Part shown: positions 9,797 to 21,984 of the stretch, one piece after another
Position numbering within the stretch: the stretch's first letter is position 1
How the letters are laid out: every line of letters starts with the position of its first letter
Assembly: GCA_977020255.1 (NCBI GenBank)
Contig: CDROCS010000506.1
Location: 930,001-994,000 of the forward strand
Length of the DNA: 64,000 nt
From: Obrimoposthia wandeli
Taxonomy: Eukaryota
Direction: 5' to 3'
Notes under the pieces: model-generated
The model's input: only the letters and a program-made list of their open reading frames with translations
What the model was told of the DNA's origin: nothing
Databases searched by the model: none
Program-made: the position numbers and the translations under genes

Positions 9797-11134
9797 TTAC
9801 TTATAGCGCTTTCTTGGGCTATTAATATCGAGTTGATGTAAGTAATCAAGTTTTTGCTTAATTTGCTTTTCAACACCGCGATCAACAGGATGATATAACT
9901 TGGTACCTTGTAATGCTTCCGGCATATAACACTCACCAGGTGCATAAGCCCCTACTTCATCATGCGCATAACGGTAGTCATCACCATAACCAAGATCAGA
10001 CATCAATTTAGTCGGTGCATTACGTAAATGCATCGGCACATCAAAATCAGGTTGTTCTTGTACCATCATCTTCGCTTGAGTAAATGCGGTGTAAACCGAG
10101 TTACTCTTGGCTGCTGATGCAAGGTATACAATCGCTTGTGCAATCGCGCGTTCACCTTCATATGCACCAATACGACTAAAGCAATCCCATGCCGACACAG
10201 CAACTTGCATCGCTCTTGGATCAGCATTACCAATATCTTCAGAAGCAATAGCTAATAAACGACGCGCCACATGCAATGGATCACAGCCACCAGCAAGCAT
10301 ACGTGCAAACCAATATAACGCCGCATCAGGCGATGAGCCACGAATAGACTTATGTAACGCAGACATTAAGTCGTAATACAACTCGCCCTTATTATCAAAG
10401 CTATTCACTTTACGGCCGACGACAGACATCAATCTTTCTAATGTCACTAACTTGCCTTGCGGACCCTCTTCAACCATGTCACTTAATAGCTCAAGATAAT
10501 TTAAGCTTTTTCTCGCATCACCATCAACAAGGTCGCACAGTTTCTCTTTTACACCTGGTGCAAAGTCGAATTTTACATTAGCAAGTCCACGTTCATCTGT
10601 TAGAGCCTGATCAACAACTTGTTCAATTTCACCTGCTGTTAATTTTTTTAGCACATACACACGAGCACGTGATAACAAGGCGTTATTTAATTCAAATGAC
10701 GGGTTTTCAGTTGTCGCACCAATAAAGATGATGGTGCCATCTTCAATATGCGGCAAAAATGCATCTTGCTGACTCTTATTAAAACGATGTACTTCATCGA
10801 CAAACAAGATGGTGCGATAACCTTGAATAGCATTATCTTTGGCTTTTTCTATCGCCAAACGGATATCTTTAATACCCGATGTAACCGCATGCACACGCTC
10901 TACTTTAGCGTCGCAATAGTTAGCAATCATCTCAGCAATTGTGGTTTTACCTGTACCAGGTGGTCCCCATAAAATCATTGAATGGGCATGCCCCGCTAAT
11001 AGCGCGCGGTGTAAGGGTTTACCTTCACCAAGAATGTGCGTTTGGCCAATATATTGCGACATTTTTTGTGGTCGCATTCTGGCTGCTAGCGGTTGAAAAT
11101 CAGGACTAAAATCAAGTGACATCGTATTATTCAT
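9797..11134 (-). CDS. rarA: Replication-associated recombination protein A (AAA+)
   Basis: [35 protein letters not shown]; start overlaps lolA stop (TAATG). Confidence 0.97.
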   Translation of the reverse strand: MNNTMSLDFSPDFQPLAARMRPQKMSQYIGQTHILGEGKPLHRALLAGHAHSMILWGPPGTGKTTIAEMIANYCDAKVERVHAVTSGIKDIRLAIEKAKDNAIQGYRTILFVDEVHRFNKSQQDAFLPHIEDGTIIFIGATTENPSFELNNALLSRARVYVLKKLTAGEIEQVVDQALTDERGLANVKFDFAPGVKEKLCDLVDGDARKSLNYLELLSDMVEEGPQGKLVTLERLMSVVGRKVNSFDNKGELYYDLMSALHKSIRGSSPDAALYWFARMLAGGCDPLHVARRLLAIASEDIGNADPRAMQVAVSAWDCFSRIGAYEGERAIAQAIVYLASAAKSNSVYTAFTQAKMMVQEQPDFDVPMHLRNAPTKLMSDLGYGDDYRYAHDEVGAYAPGECYMPEALQGTKLYHPVDRGVEKQIKQKLDYLHQLDINSPRKRYK

Positions 11135-11754
11135 TAGCGTTGGTCATCTATATCTGTATCTTCTGGGATAATAAAATTAAACAACGCAGGATCCATCTTG
11201 TTCATTGTCTTGTGGTTTGTTAAAGCAAACTGGCTATATTGACCTTGCTGCTCTTGTACCGTGAACTGAGCAATATCACCTTGTTTAAATTGTAGCGTGA
11301 AGATAGCTGCAGCAGGATCATTTGGGGTAATAACCGTATAAACACCTGCTTTTTTACTGACTCGATACGTTTCCCATGACGCTTGCTGAGAACCTGCAAT
11401 TAACATGAAGGGGGTATTAGCAATTGCATCTTTAAGTGAGTAAATACTAACTTGTTCTACAAATGGGTTATAAAACCACAAGCTTTCGCCATTTGATACG
11501 ATCAGTTGTTCATCCGGAGAAGTCGTTTCCCAACGAAATTGATTGGGACGCTGCAGCTGCATCAATCCCTGAGCTGTCGCTAAGTTATCACCTTCAGCGG
11601 ACGTAACCGTTTGGGTAAAGTCAGCACTGAATGGCTTTAACTGAGTCAGTTGGCTTTTTAATTCTTCTTTTACGCTTTGCGCGTGCGTTAGCATAGAGGC
11701 AGTCATTAGCACTGCCGTGAAAACTATTTTTTTAAGTGACATGTTATTTCTCAT
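11134..11754 (-). CDS. lolA: Outer-membrane lipoprotein carrier LolA
   Basis: Signal peptide, [24 protein letters not shown]; ftsK-lolA-rarA synteny. Confidence 0.95.
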   Translation of the reverse strand: MRNNMSLKKIVFTAVLMTASMLTHAQSVKEELKSQLTQLKPFSADFTQTVTSAEGDNLATAQGLMQLQRPNQFRWETTSPDEQLIVSNGESLWFYNPFVEQVSIYSLKDAIANTPFMLIAGSQQASWETYRVSKKAGVYTVITPNDPAAAIFTLQFKQGDIAQFTVQEQQGQYSQFALTNHKTMNKMDPALFNFIIPEDTDIDDQR

Positions 11755-11757
11755 AAA

Positions 11758-14436
11758 TTAATCCTTGGGTGGCGGTGGCGCCAATACTTCTCGATTACCG
11801 TTATGTCCTGGTGAACTCACAATACCCTGCACTTCCATCTCTTCAACGATACGTGCAGCGCGGTTATAACCGATCTTAAACTTACGTTGTACGCCAGACA
11901 CAGAACCTCGACGCGTTTCTGTAACATGGTATACCGCTTGATCAAATAGCTCATCAACATCTGATGAACCTTCTGCAACTTCACCGGGTAATAGGCTATC
12001 AGCCGTTGCCTCACCCTGTAAAATATCTTCAATATAATTCGGTGCACCACGTAATTTCCAATCCGCAACAACACGGTGAACTTCATGGTCGTCAACAAAT
12101 GCGCCGTGAACTCGAATCGGGACACTGGTACCAGCAGGTTGATACAACATATCACCCATACCAAGCAGCGTTTCAGCACCGCCTTGATCAAGAATAGTAC
12201 GTGAATCAATCTTACTCGATACTTGGAATGCAATACGTGTCGGGATATTAGCTTTAATCAGACCCGTGATCACATCAACAGAAGGACGCTGGGTCGCTAA
12301 GATTAAATGAATACCTGCAGCACGGGCCTTTTGAGCAATACGTGCAATTAATTCTTCAACTTTTTTACCTACAATCATCATCATGTCTGCAAACTCATCC
12401 ACGACAACCACGATAGACGGTAGTTTCGTTAACGCTGGCGCAGTGGCATCCATACTGTCACCCGGTTTCCACAATGGGTCTAGGATTGGCTGACCAGCAT
12501 CAATCGCTTGTTGTATTTTAGTATTAAAGCCAGCAAGGTTACGCACTCCAACTGCAGACAGTAATTTATAACGACGTTCCATTTCACCCACACACCAACG
12601 CAACGCATTAGCGGCATCTTTCATGTCAGTAACAACTTCTGTTAATAAGTGTGGGATACCTTCGTACACTGAAAGTTCCAGCATTTTTGGATCGATCATG
12701 ATCATACGCACTTCTTCTGGCGATGCTTTATACAGCAAACTCATGATCATCACGTTCACACCAACCGATTTACCCGAACCAGTGGTACCCGCAACCAGTA
12801 AATGCGGCATTTTAGCTAAATCAACCACCACAGAGTCGCCAGCAATATCATGCCCTAACACCATAGATGTTTTTGACTTCGCCTCGGTAAATGACGGGCT
12901 CGACATCACATCAGACAGGAACACTGTCTCTCTATATTTATTCGGTAATTCTAAGCCGATCACTGATTTACCCGGGATTACTTCAACCACACGCACGCTC
13001 ATTGCCGATAAAGAACGGGCTAAATCTTTCGATAATGCAGTGATCTTACTGACTTTAATACCCGGTGCTAAATCTAATTCAAAACGGGTAATAACCGGTC
13101 CTGGATGAACGTCGACCACTTTCGCTTTAATGTTGAATTCGAGTAGTTTTTCTTCGACTAAACGAGCTACATGGTCAAGTTCCGCTTTCGATATCGGATT
13201 GGCTTTTTTATTCGGTTTATCTAATAACTCTAACCCAGGCAACAAGGTCACTGGTTTTTCTTTAAATTGCAGCATATCTGTTGATACAACTTGGTCACCC
13301 ACAATTTCGAAACCACTATCCGTACCGTTATTCTTAATCTTAAATTCAGGTGCCAGCACTGCGGGTGCGTCTTGCGTCAGCTCTTGTGCAAATTCTTGTG
13401 CCAGCTCTTGTGTAACTACTGGAGCCAATACAGCCTCAGCTTGCGCGTCGATTACATCTGCATTACCAGCTGGATTTTCTATTTGCTTGTGGATTTGTTG
13501 CGAATCATAATCGGCAAGATAATCATCATGCATATTGTTACTGTCTGTCATATCAAATGTCGATATTGACGGTTCCGATCTTGATGGCACATCGTCAACA
13601 GCTGTAAATGACATATTCATAACGCCATCATGCTCATTAACTCCTGCTCCTGCTACAGTCCCAGGTGCTGGTGCATTTACTTGCTGATTATCAAACTCGC
13701 TGGTTAAATGGTCATGCATTTGCTGTACATTTACTGCTGCAGGTACACTAGATTCAGATTCAACATCATCATTCTGTCTATCGAATTCCGCTTCACTCGT
13801 TCGTCTATTTTTTAATTCAGTTACTTTATCAACAGTATATTGGCAGGCATTAATCACGCCAGCGCCAAGCATATCGACGATTGATAGCCAAGATATGCCC
13901 GTTAACAAGGTAAAACCAATCGCAACAAAACTCAGTAGAATAAGTGTTGAACCTAATATCCCAAATAATTCACTGATCGCCTGCTCTACGACGTCACCAA
14001 TTAAACCACCTGATGAAAAGTAATAAAGGTCATCAAAGTTAACAGATGCTAAGCCACAAACACCAATTAGCAGCAATAATGCACCGATCATGCGTAAACC
14101 GACGGTAAAAAAGTCAATTTCATCGAGCTGTCTTGGACGCCAAAATATAAACCAAGCTAATGATACAAACGCGAGTGGGATTGCATATGCATAAAGACCA
14201 AAGGTGAAGAATAATACATCCCCCATCCATGCACCTAATGACCCGGCAGCATTTTTAACTGGGCCTTGCCAACTGGTTTGCGACCATGACGGATCGGCAG
14301 GATCAAAGCTCACTAATGCGACCATGGCGTAACAAGCAATAAAGGTCGAAAGTATAAACCCGACTTCGAAAACACGTTGAATACCGGATAATGGCGCAAG
14401 ATATTTAGATGGAATGGTTAAGTTAAATTTGTTCAT
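11758..14436 (-). CDS. ftsK: DNA translocase FtsK
   Basis: N-terminal TM domain, linker, [28 protein letters not shown], gamma domain IGYNRAARI. Confidence 0.99.
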   Translation of the reverse strand: MNKFNLTIPSKYLAPLSGIQRVFEVGFILSTFIACYAMVALVSFDPADPSWSQTSWQGPVKNAAGSLGAWMGDVLFFTFGLYAYAIPLAFVSLAWFIFWRPRQLDEIDFFTVGLRMIGALLLLIGVCGLASVNFDDLYYFSSGGLIGDVVEQAISELFGILGSTLILLSFVAIGFTLLTGISWLSIVDMLGAGVINACQYTVDKVTELKNRRTSEAEFDRQNDDVESESSVPAAVNVQQMHDHLTSEFDNQQVNAPAPGTVAGAGVNEHDGVMNMSFTAVDDVPSRSEPSISTFDMTDSNNMHDDYLADYDSQQIHKQIENPAGNADVIDAQAEAVLAPVVTQELAQEFAQELTQDAPAVLAPEFKIKNNGTDSGFEIVGDQVVSTDMLQFKEKPVTLLPGLELLDKPNKKANPISKAELDHVARLVEEKLLEFNIKAKVVDVHPGPVITRFELDLAPGIKVSKITALSKDLARSLSAMSVRVVEVIPGKSVIGLELPNKYRETVFLSDVMSSPSFTEAKSKTSMVLGHDIAGDSVVVDLAKMPHLLVAGTTGSGKSVGVNVMIMSLLYKASPEEVRMIMIDPKMLELSVYEGIPHLLTEVVTDMKDAANALRWCVGEMERRYKLLSAVGVRNLAGFNTKIQQAIDAGQPILDPLWKPGDSMDATAPALTKLPSIVVVVDEFADMMMIVGKKVEELIARIAQKARAAGIHLILATQRPSVDVITGLIKANIPTRIAFQVSSKIDSRTILDQGGAETLLGMGDMLYQPAGTSVPIRVHGAFVDDHEVHRVVADWKLRGAPNYIEDILQGEATADSLLPGEVAEGSSDVDELFDQAVYHVTETRRGSVSGVQRKFKIGYNRAARIVEEMEVQGIVSSPGHNGNREVLAPPPPKD
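13370..13417 (-). repeat. In-frame 12-bp tandem repeat (about 4 copies, [15 protein letters not shown]) in the FtsK linker
   Basis: tcttgcgtcagc tcttgtgcaaat tcttgtgccagc tcttgtgtaac. Confidence 0.75.
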
Positions 14437-14604
14437 CTTGATTTATGACTCTTGAAGGCGACGATGGTACGTTATCTATGAGCTATCAACTTTAAATAAA
14501 TGCAGGAAACAAAACAAGCGGCAATATGCCGCTTGTTTGATTATTTATCACTTTATTTGCGTTAATCGAGGATTACGCGAAAAGATTATGTGTGCAAAGC
14601 AGAA

Positions 14605-15099
14605 TTAACGCGTTTTAATCACTAAACGGTTACTTTGTTTTACTTCTTCCATCACAACATAAGTACGTGTGTCGTTAACACCCGGTAAACGTAATAACGT
14701 TTCGCCCAGTAAACGACGGTAAGCTGACATATCAGATACACGTGTTTTTAATAAATAATCGAAGTCGCCAGATACTAAATGACATTCTTGAATTTCTTCA
14801 AGCTCTTGAACAGCTTTGTTGAATTGCTCAAATACATCAGCAGCACCACGGTTAAGTGTAATTTCAACAAAAACAAGCAATGAAGCATCCAGAAACTGTG
14901 GATTTAGAATTGCGGTATAGCCTGTAATATATCCTTGGCGTTCTAAGCGTCGTACGCGCTCTAAACATGGCGTAGGGCTTAAGCCTACACGTTTAGACAA
15001 CTCTACATTGGAAATTCGGCCGTCTTTTTGTAATTCATTAAGAATATTACGGTCGATTCGATCTAGTTCCTTCATTGGTCGAGTTTTTACTTCCATCAT
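14605..15099 (-). CDS. lrp: Leucine-responsive regulatory protein (164 aa)
   Basis: LDRIDRNILNELQKDGRISNVELSKRVGLSPTPCLERV; start trimmed to 15099. Confidence 0.98.
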   Translation of the reverse strand: MMEVKTRPMKELDRIDRNILNELQKDGRISNVELSKRVGLSPTPCLERVRRLERQGYITGYTAILNPQFLDASLLVFVEITLNRGAADVFEQFNKAVQELEEIQECHLVSGDFDYLLKTRVSDMSAYRRLLGETLLRLPGVNDTRTYVVMEEVKQSNRLVIKTR

Positions 15100-15540
15100 T
15101 ATTTTTTCCGCCCTTTTACGTCCCAGTAAAACTTTGTTTTTCAAATAATCCATTCATTTGAATACGCCATAATTAGAACCAACTTAAAGCACTAGCTAAA
15201 TTCTAATTAAAATTATAATAGCCTACAATAATTCAATTTACGAGGCTTATGTTATGTTTCCCAGTCATTCGGGATACATAATATTTACAACGACGCAGCC
15301 TGCATAACAATAGGCTAACATCGATGTTTTATCTTATAAGCATCGAAATAGACGTTTCGTTGGTTTAAGTAGACACTAACAGAACATTAATTCCATTGAA
15401 AGGGCCTATATGCAAAATATATAGCTGAATCGCGGTTTTCATTATTTTTGCATTATTATGCATTTTAAAAATATATTTTTACTCTACTATTTACCCAGCG
15501 CCACAAAGTTTTTACAATTGACCACAATTATTGGTATTAA

Positions 15541-16506
<966 letters not shown>

Positions 16507-16521
16507 TCCGTCTATTCTGCT

Positions 16522-16567
16522 AAGGTGATACCCTATTTTTCAAGATATTCAGGGTATCACCTTTTTT
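16522..16567 (+). terminator. trxB terminator
   Basis: AAGGTGATACCCT...AGGGTATCACCTT-TTTT. Confidence 0.75.
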
Positions 16568-16614
16568 AAGCTCTAAGCTTTTTCAAGAGCTCCCCCTTCT
16601 TTCAAGATCTCTAT

Positions 16615-17322
16615 ATGCCAATCTACTTACCGACACTTAATCACGATTTAACCGATTTTCCAGCGGTACACAATGCCTTAACTGACCCAGACGGTTTACT
16701 GGCAATGGGTGGCGATCTTTCTCCACAACGGCTGATTAACGCCTATCAACGCGGTATCTTTCCGTGGTTTGAAGAAGACCAACCAATACTGTGGTGGTCA
16801 CCAAGCCAGCGCATGGTATTAAACCCAGGTGAAATGCATATATCGCGTAGTTTGCGTAAGTCTTGTCGTCGCCAAAACTTTACCTTATCGGTAAATACTG
16901 CTTTTTCAGAAGTCATTGAATCATGCGCAGAACCTCGAGAATATTCGAGTGATACCTGGATAACCGACACCATGCAAGATGCCTATTTACAGCTGCATGA
17001 TATGGGTTTTGCGCATTCTATTGAAGTATGGCAAGACGGGCTATTAGTTGGCGGGTTATATGGCTTATATATTGGTGATATTTTCTGTGGTGAATCGATG
17101 TTCCATACCGCGACTGATGCATCTAAAATAGCCTTTATCGGCCTGCAGCAACATCTTGTCAGTATCGGCTGTAAATTGATAGATTGCCAATTGCACAATG
17201 AACACCTTGCATCATTAGGGGCAACTGAAATTAGCCGCGAAACTTTCATCACTCATCTCAGCAAACGTGATCCAACAATTAAACCACAGCAATGGCAGCC
17301 TCAAGCACTTGTATTAGACTAG
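16615..17322 (+). CDS. aat: Leucyl/phenylalanyl-tRNA--protein transferase
   Basis: PDGLLAMGGDL, GIFPWF, AHSIEVW, GESMFH, LIDCQ. Confidence 0.96.
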   Translation: MPIYLPTLNHDLTDFPAVHNALTDPDGLLAMGGDLSPQRLINAYQRGIFPWFEEDQPILWWSPSQRMVLNPGEMHISRSLRKSCRRQNFTLSVNTAFSEVIESCAEPREYSSDTWITDTMQDAYLQLHDMGFAHSIEVWQDGLLVGGLYGLYIGDIFCGESMFHTATDASKIAFIGLQQHLVSIGCKLIDCQLHNEHLASLGATEISRETFITHLSKRDPTIKPQQWQPQALVLD

Positions 17323-17401
17323 TTGTATTAGGCTACTTCTAATAAACGACTTGTATTAAACTTAATAAATAAGTCTAAGGCTAATACATAGGAAACACAA
17401 C

Positions 17402-18085
17402 ATGATTAAAGTCGCCTTAACACCACCCATGCCTTGCAGTTACTTAGCTGATCAACAAGAACAGATCTTCGTTGTTCAAGATGATAGTTTACATAACCAA
17501 GCAGGCTATGAAGTATTGCTGTTAAACGGTTTCCGTCGCAGCGGCAATGACGTCTATCGACCACACTGTCAACATTGCCAAGCCTGCCAATCAATCCGCA
17601 TTGATAGTCAGACATTTAAACCCAGTAAAAGTCAGAAACGTTTGCTGAATAAAAACAAACACCTTGAAATGCGAATTAGCCACCAGCCACAAGCGGATTA
17701 CTATCCCTTGTACGAACGCTATATTAATACCCTGCACAGTGATGGCGCAATGTACCCTGCTAGCCAAGCGCAGTATGATGGCTTTATTAGTAGCGCGTGG
17801 TTAACACCGACGTTTATTGAATTTTATTCCGAAGAGGTACTTATTGCCGTTGCAGTAACCGATGTAATGGCGGATAGCATGAGTGCCATGTATTGTTTCT
17901 ATGATCCCGAGTTCCTCACCAACTCTTTAGGGACCTATGCGGTATTACAACAACTGGCAATCGCCAAGCAGACAGGCAAGAAATGGCTATACCTAGGCTA
18001 TCAAATAGATCAATGTAGTAAGATGAATTACAAGGTTAAATTTAAGCCACATCAGCGTTTGATAGCAGGAGAATGGCAGGCTTAA
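17402..18085 (+). CDS. bpt: Aspartate/glutamate leucyltransferase Bpt (ATE-like)
   Basis: PCSYL, GFRRSG..YRPHC..CQAC, SLGTYAVL, YLGYQI..CSKMNYK; follows aat. Confidence 0.9.
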   Translation: MIKVALTPPMPCSYLADQQEQIFVVQDDSLHNQAGYEVLLLNGFRRSGNDVYRPHCQHCQACQSIRIDSQTFKPSKSQKRLLNKNKHLEMRISHQPQADYYPLYERYINTLHSDGAMYPASQAQYDGFISSAWLTPTFIEFYSEEVLIAVAVTDVMADSMSAMYCFYDPEFLTNSLGTYAVLQQLAIAKQTGKKWLYLGYQIDQCSKMNYKVKFKPHQRLIAGEWQA

Positions 18086-18200
18086 TACCGCCGAAGAGTC
18101 AATTATAAAGCATTTTAAAAATAAAACGTAAATATCTTACCTATAATATATACAGGCCAGTGTAAATCTGGCATCATCTTGCGGTCAAATATAGCTATAA

Positions 18201-18437
<237 letters not shown>

Positions 18438-18449
18438 TCACGAGCCTCT

Positions 18450-18478
18450 AAAAAAACCAGCGTAAGGCTGGTTTTTTT
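18450..18478. terminator. Bidirectional terminator after infA
   Basis: AAAAAAACCAGC-GTAAG-GCTGGTTTTTTT. Confidence 0.85.
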
Positions 18479-18550
18479 AGGTCTACGATTCGATAAAGAC
18501 GGCTCAATTGCCTAACAGCGCGAGAGCCAACTGTACTAACCGATATTTTC

Positions 18551-18574
18551 TATTTCTATTTCTATTTCTATTTC
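18551..18574. repeat. Hexanucleotide microsatellite (TATTTC)4
   Basis: Direct reading of the intergenic sequence. Confidence 0.9.
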
Positions 18575-18600
18575 AGCAATCATTCAATATCAACGAGTGA

Positions 18601-18891
18601 CTACTCAACATCTACACGTAAAATCTCTTCTTCCCGCGCCGCTTTTTTATCTCTGAACTGTTGTTTTAGTACCGCTTTTTTAAGCATTGCGATCTCGCCA
18701 TCAGTACCAATTGTAAAATGTTCAGGTTCAGTATTAAAACGCGACTGATACAGCATCACAGCTTGCAGAGAGCTATCTTTTTGCGCTTGTGTCAATACGA
18801 TACCGCTTTCCCACTTTCCTAGCTCTACCGCCGTTCTAAGCTTTTCATATACTTCGGGAGTCATGCTTTCAAGTAACTTATCAACTGACAT
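18601..18891 (-). CDS. YeaC/DUF1315 family protein
   Basis: MTPEVYEKLRTAVELGKW..G..LT..QK...LQAVM.YQ. Confidence 0.88.
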   Translation of the reverse strand: MSVDKLLESMTPEVYEKLRTAVELGKWESGIVLTQAQKDSSLQAVMLYQSRFNTEPEHFTIGTDGEIAMLKKAVLKQQFRDKKAAREEEILRVDVE

Positions 18892-19204
18892 TTTTACATC
18901 CTTGGTTAATGCTCAGGGATATCCCCTGCGTAATAATAATATATACCGCAACACTACTATAAATACGCCGTAATTTAAACTACAACAGCGCTAGCCAGCT
19001 TGCTACTAATACTTAACTATTTATAACAAACACCTCAACCACCTTGTAACGAATAGCGTATCGCGTTCAATGCTGTCTATGCATTGGCTTTTTATATATA
19101 AATCGTTAGATACAAAAAAGGAAGCCAATTGGCTTCCTTGATAGACGTTCTATTCATGACACTTAATAGCAAGCAACAATAAACAGTCTTAATAAACGCT
19201 TAGC

Positions 19205-20632
19205 TTATGCAAATTCATGCATGTCAATGCCAGCCATTTTTTGCATTACGCGTAATACCTGACAGCTGTAACCAAACTCATTATCATACCAAACGTATAA
19301 TATTGCGCGGTTACCTTCAGCAATCGTTGCTAATGAATCAACGATACCTGAGAAACGGCTACCAACCATATCTGTTGATACTAATTCTTTCGATGTGCTG
19401 AAATCGATTTGGTTGTGTAATGGCGAGCTTAACGACATTTCTTGTAAGTAGCTGTTTAGAGATTCTCTTTCAACTTCTTTTTCAAGATTTAAGTTAATGA
19501 TTGCCATTGATACGTTTGGTGTTGGTACACGGATAGCGTTACCAGTCAGCTTACCTTTTAATGCAGGTAGTGCTTTTGCTACAGCAGATGCAGCGCCAGT
19601 TGACGTTAGTACCATGTTCATTGCAGCGCCACGGCCACGACGATCACCTTTGTGGAAGTTATCAATCAAGTTTTGATCATTGGTATATGAATGCACAGTC
19701 TCTACGTGACCATTGCTAATACCGTATGCATCTTGAATGGTTTTTAGTACCGGCGTGATCGCATTCGTTGTACAGCTTGCTGCTGACACGATGTTATCTT
19801 CAGGTAAGATATCGTTATGGTTAACGCCATAAACGATGTTTTTAATATCGCCTTTACCCGGTGCTGTTAATAATACTTTTGCTGCGCCAGGTGCTTTTAA
19901 ATGTAGACCTAGGCCGTCAGTATCACGCCAGATACCCGTGTTATCGACAACTAACGCATTGTGAATACCGTGTGCAGCGTAATCAATTTGATCAGGACCA
20001 TTTGAATAAAGGATCTTGATGTAAGTACCGTTAGCAATGATTGCATTGTTTTCAGTATCAATATCAATCGTACCGTTGAACTGGCCATGTACTGAATCAC
20101 GACGTAACAGAGATGCACGTTTTTCAATATCACCAGGACCGCCACGTACAACGATTGCACGTAAACGTAATAAATTGCTTTCACCTGTTTTATCAACAAG
20201 TAGGCGTGCAAGTAGACGACCGATACGACCAAAGCCATACAGTACGACATCACGAGGTTCAACTGCTGTATCGCTATTTAATGCAGGTGCTAATTCAGCA
20301 CGTAAGAATGCGTCGATACCAGTAGAATCTTCGTTTTCGCCCCAATAGCGAACAGCCAAACGGCCTATATCAATTTGAGCGTTACTAATCGGTAGTTCAC
20401 TGATCACTTGTAGTAATGGGAAAGTTTCAGTGAAACGTAAAATACGTCCTTCATGACGCTTAACTACGCGGTGTGCTTTTTGAAGATCAATTGCGGTTGC
20501 ATTTTGTAATGGGCGGCCATAAATTAATACCTCAACGCCTTTATTACGATACAGCTTTCCTAACAACGGTAGCATAGACTCTGCGAGTTCTTGGCTCTCT
20601 TGCCAATTTAATAAATGACTTTCAGATGGCAT
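19205..20632 (-). CDS. Long-type GAPDH-family dehydrogenase with about 125-aa N-terminal extension
   Basis: YGFGRIGR, ASCTTNA catalytic Cys, HSYTNDQ, WYDNEFGYS. Confidence 0.92.
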   Translation of the reverse strand: MPSESHLLNWQESQELAESMLPLLGKLYRNKGVEVLIYGRPLQNATAIDLQKAHRVVKRHEGRILRFTETFPLLQVISELPISNAQIDIGRLAVRYWGENEDSTGIDAFLRAELAPALNSDTAVEPRDVVLYGFGRIGRLLARLLVDKTGESNLLRLRAIVVRGGPGDIEKRASLLRRDSVHGQFNGTIDIDTENNAIIANGTYIKILYSNGPDQIDYAAHGIHNALVVDNTGIWRDTDGLGLHLKAPGAAKVLLTAPGKGDIKNIVYGVNHNDILPEDNIVSAASCTTNAITPVLKTIQDAYGISNGHVETVHSYTNDQNLIDNFHKGDRRGRGAAMNMVLTSTGAASAVAKALPALKGKLTGNAIRVPTPNVSMAIINLNLEKEVERESLNSYLQEMSLSSPLHNQIDFSTSKELVSTDMVGSRFSGIVDSLATIAEGNRAILYVWYDNEFGYSCQVLRVMQKMAGIDMHEFA

Positions 20633-21052
20633 CTCTTTTCCCTTTTAATCACAACTACATGTAAGAAACATTAAAATAACAGCGGCATAACCAACAGCTG
20701 ACATTTAATCAATTTGATAGCTTAATCATACAAAAATAACCGCGAATTTACCAATTAATCATGTCAATTAGGTCTTTTTTTACTTTCGGACTTTCATTCA
20801 AAACACAAATATTTAACAATGAAATAGGAACACTTTCACTTTTTGCGCTTGCTCACTTTATAACCGAGGTATTTATTTGCTCAACCGCAAACCAATATTT
20901 AATCCATCGTGGATAAATCATAAAGAAAGGAGGTGATATCATTAAGCCCAGCCCCCAAATTGAGGCTTTTAACTCCCCCCTATCTCACTCATTAGACAGT
21001 GTGCGTAAATCTATGATAGGGTTTCCTCATCTCCTATTTAAGTCTTAATGTT

Positions 21053-21949
21053 ATGTATCGTGTTCGCTTTATTCGCCGTCTAATTCCAACGGTTGTTCTA
21101 GCAAGTTTACTCATCGCATGTGATGCTCCTAACAATGTAGCTACGATTTGTGGAAACGATAACGCGATCTGTGCAGATTTAAATACCGATGAATGGTGTC
21201 AGGCAGAAAGAAACGAACTAATCACTAAGCGTTTTGCTGCTAAAGAAAGTACCCATGACCAAGCACAATATGGATTATTAACCGCACTTAATAATTTTCA
21301 AGAATGCATCAAAATAGCCGCGCTCATTGAGCCAAGAACACACCCCGAGTTAAAAACCCTCCGGGTATCAGCCATGTTGAGCACTTATGACGAATTGCTC
21401 GCCTTAGAAAAGAAAACGCTGACCAGTAATAACCCCTATATACTCAATTACCACTGGGTTGCACATAACAACGAAAAGGCTAAAAAACGTTTTATCGCCT
21501 TATCAAAGCAGCAAGGTTTCGATGATCCCGCTCTGTATTTTGCTATTGCAAATATTTACGATAACAATAACGCCAAAGCTATCGCTAATTTACTAAAAGG
21601 GTTAAGCCTCGTTAACCACGATAATCAATTCGACGATTCTCGGTTAGGCAACGCTCAATTAAAAAACTCTCGATTAGATAGTAATACCGACATAACAACC
21701 AAACTGCTCTACGCCATTATCACGGCTTACATGCATGAAAGAGATTACGCACTGGCTTATCTGTGGTCGCAGGTTGCGATAATTTCTGATGTGGAAAATA
21801 TAAACCTAGGTCTGTTTAATAAACATAAAGTAACGCCAAACGAACGACGCCGTTTAGATTCATTAGCAGCAACAGTAGCAGAACAAATAGAAGAGCAAGA
21901 ATTTACGACTGACAGCTACTCAGATACGCTATCAGTCGTTGGGCTTTAA
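21053..21949 (+). CDS. DUF2989-like lipoprotein
   Basis: Lipobox LLIAC, C..LN.D.WC..ER pattern; usual neighbour of gap in Vibrionales-like genomes. Confidence 0.75.
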   Translation: MYRVRFIRRLIPTVVLASLLIACDAPNNVATICGNDNAICADLNTDEWCQAERNELITKRFAAKESTHDQAQYGLLTALNNFQECIKIAALIEPRTHPELKTLRVSAMLSTYDELLALEKKTLTSNNPYILNYHWVAHNNEKAKKRFIALSKQQGFDDPALYFAIANIYDNNNAKAIANLLKGLSLVNHDNQFDDSRLGNAQLKNSRLDSNTDITTKLLYAIITAYMHERDYALAYLWSQVAIISDVENINLGLFNKHKVTPNERRRLDSLAATVAEQIEEQEFTTDSYSDTLSVVGL

Positions 21950-21965
21950 TCTAGCGATAAAGCCC
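21941..21965. terminator. Hairpin between convergent genes
   Basis: GGGCTTTA-ATCTAGCGA-TAAAGCCC. Confidence 0.6.
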
Positions 21966-21984
21966 GTTTACAATCATTTCGCAG

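Noticed and set aside
12623-13569. Antisense ORFs over ftsK (161, 126, 92 aa)
   Set aside because: Shadow frames of a conserved gene; no motifs or RBS.
15254-15360. Series of small hairpins in the lrp-trxB intergenic region, possible sRNA or ald remnant
   Set aside because: Stems are only 5-9 bp in AT-rich DNA with no terminator, and I see no alanine dehydrogenase-like coding remnant.
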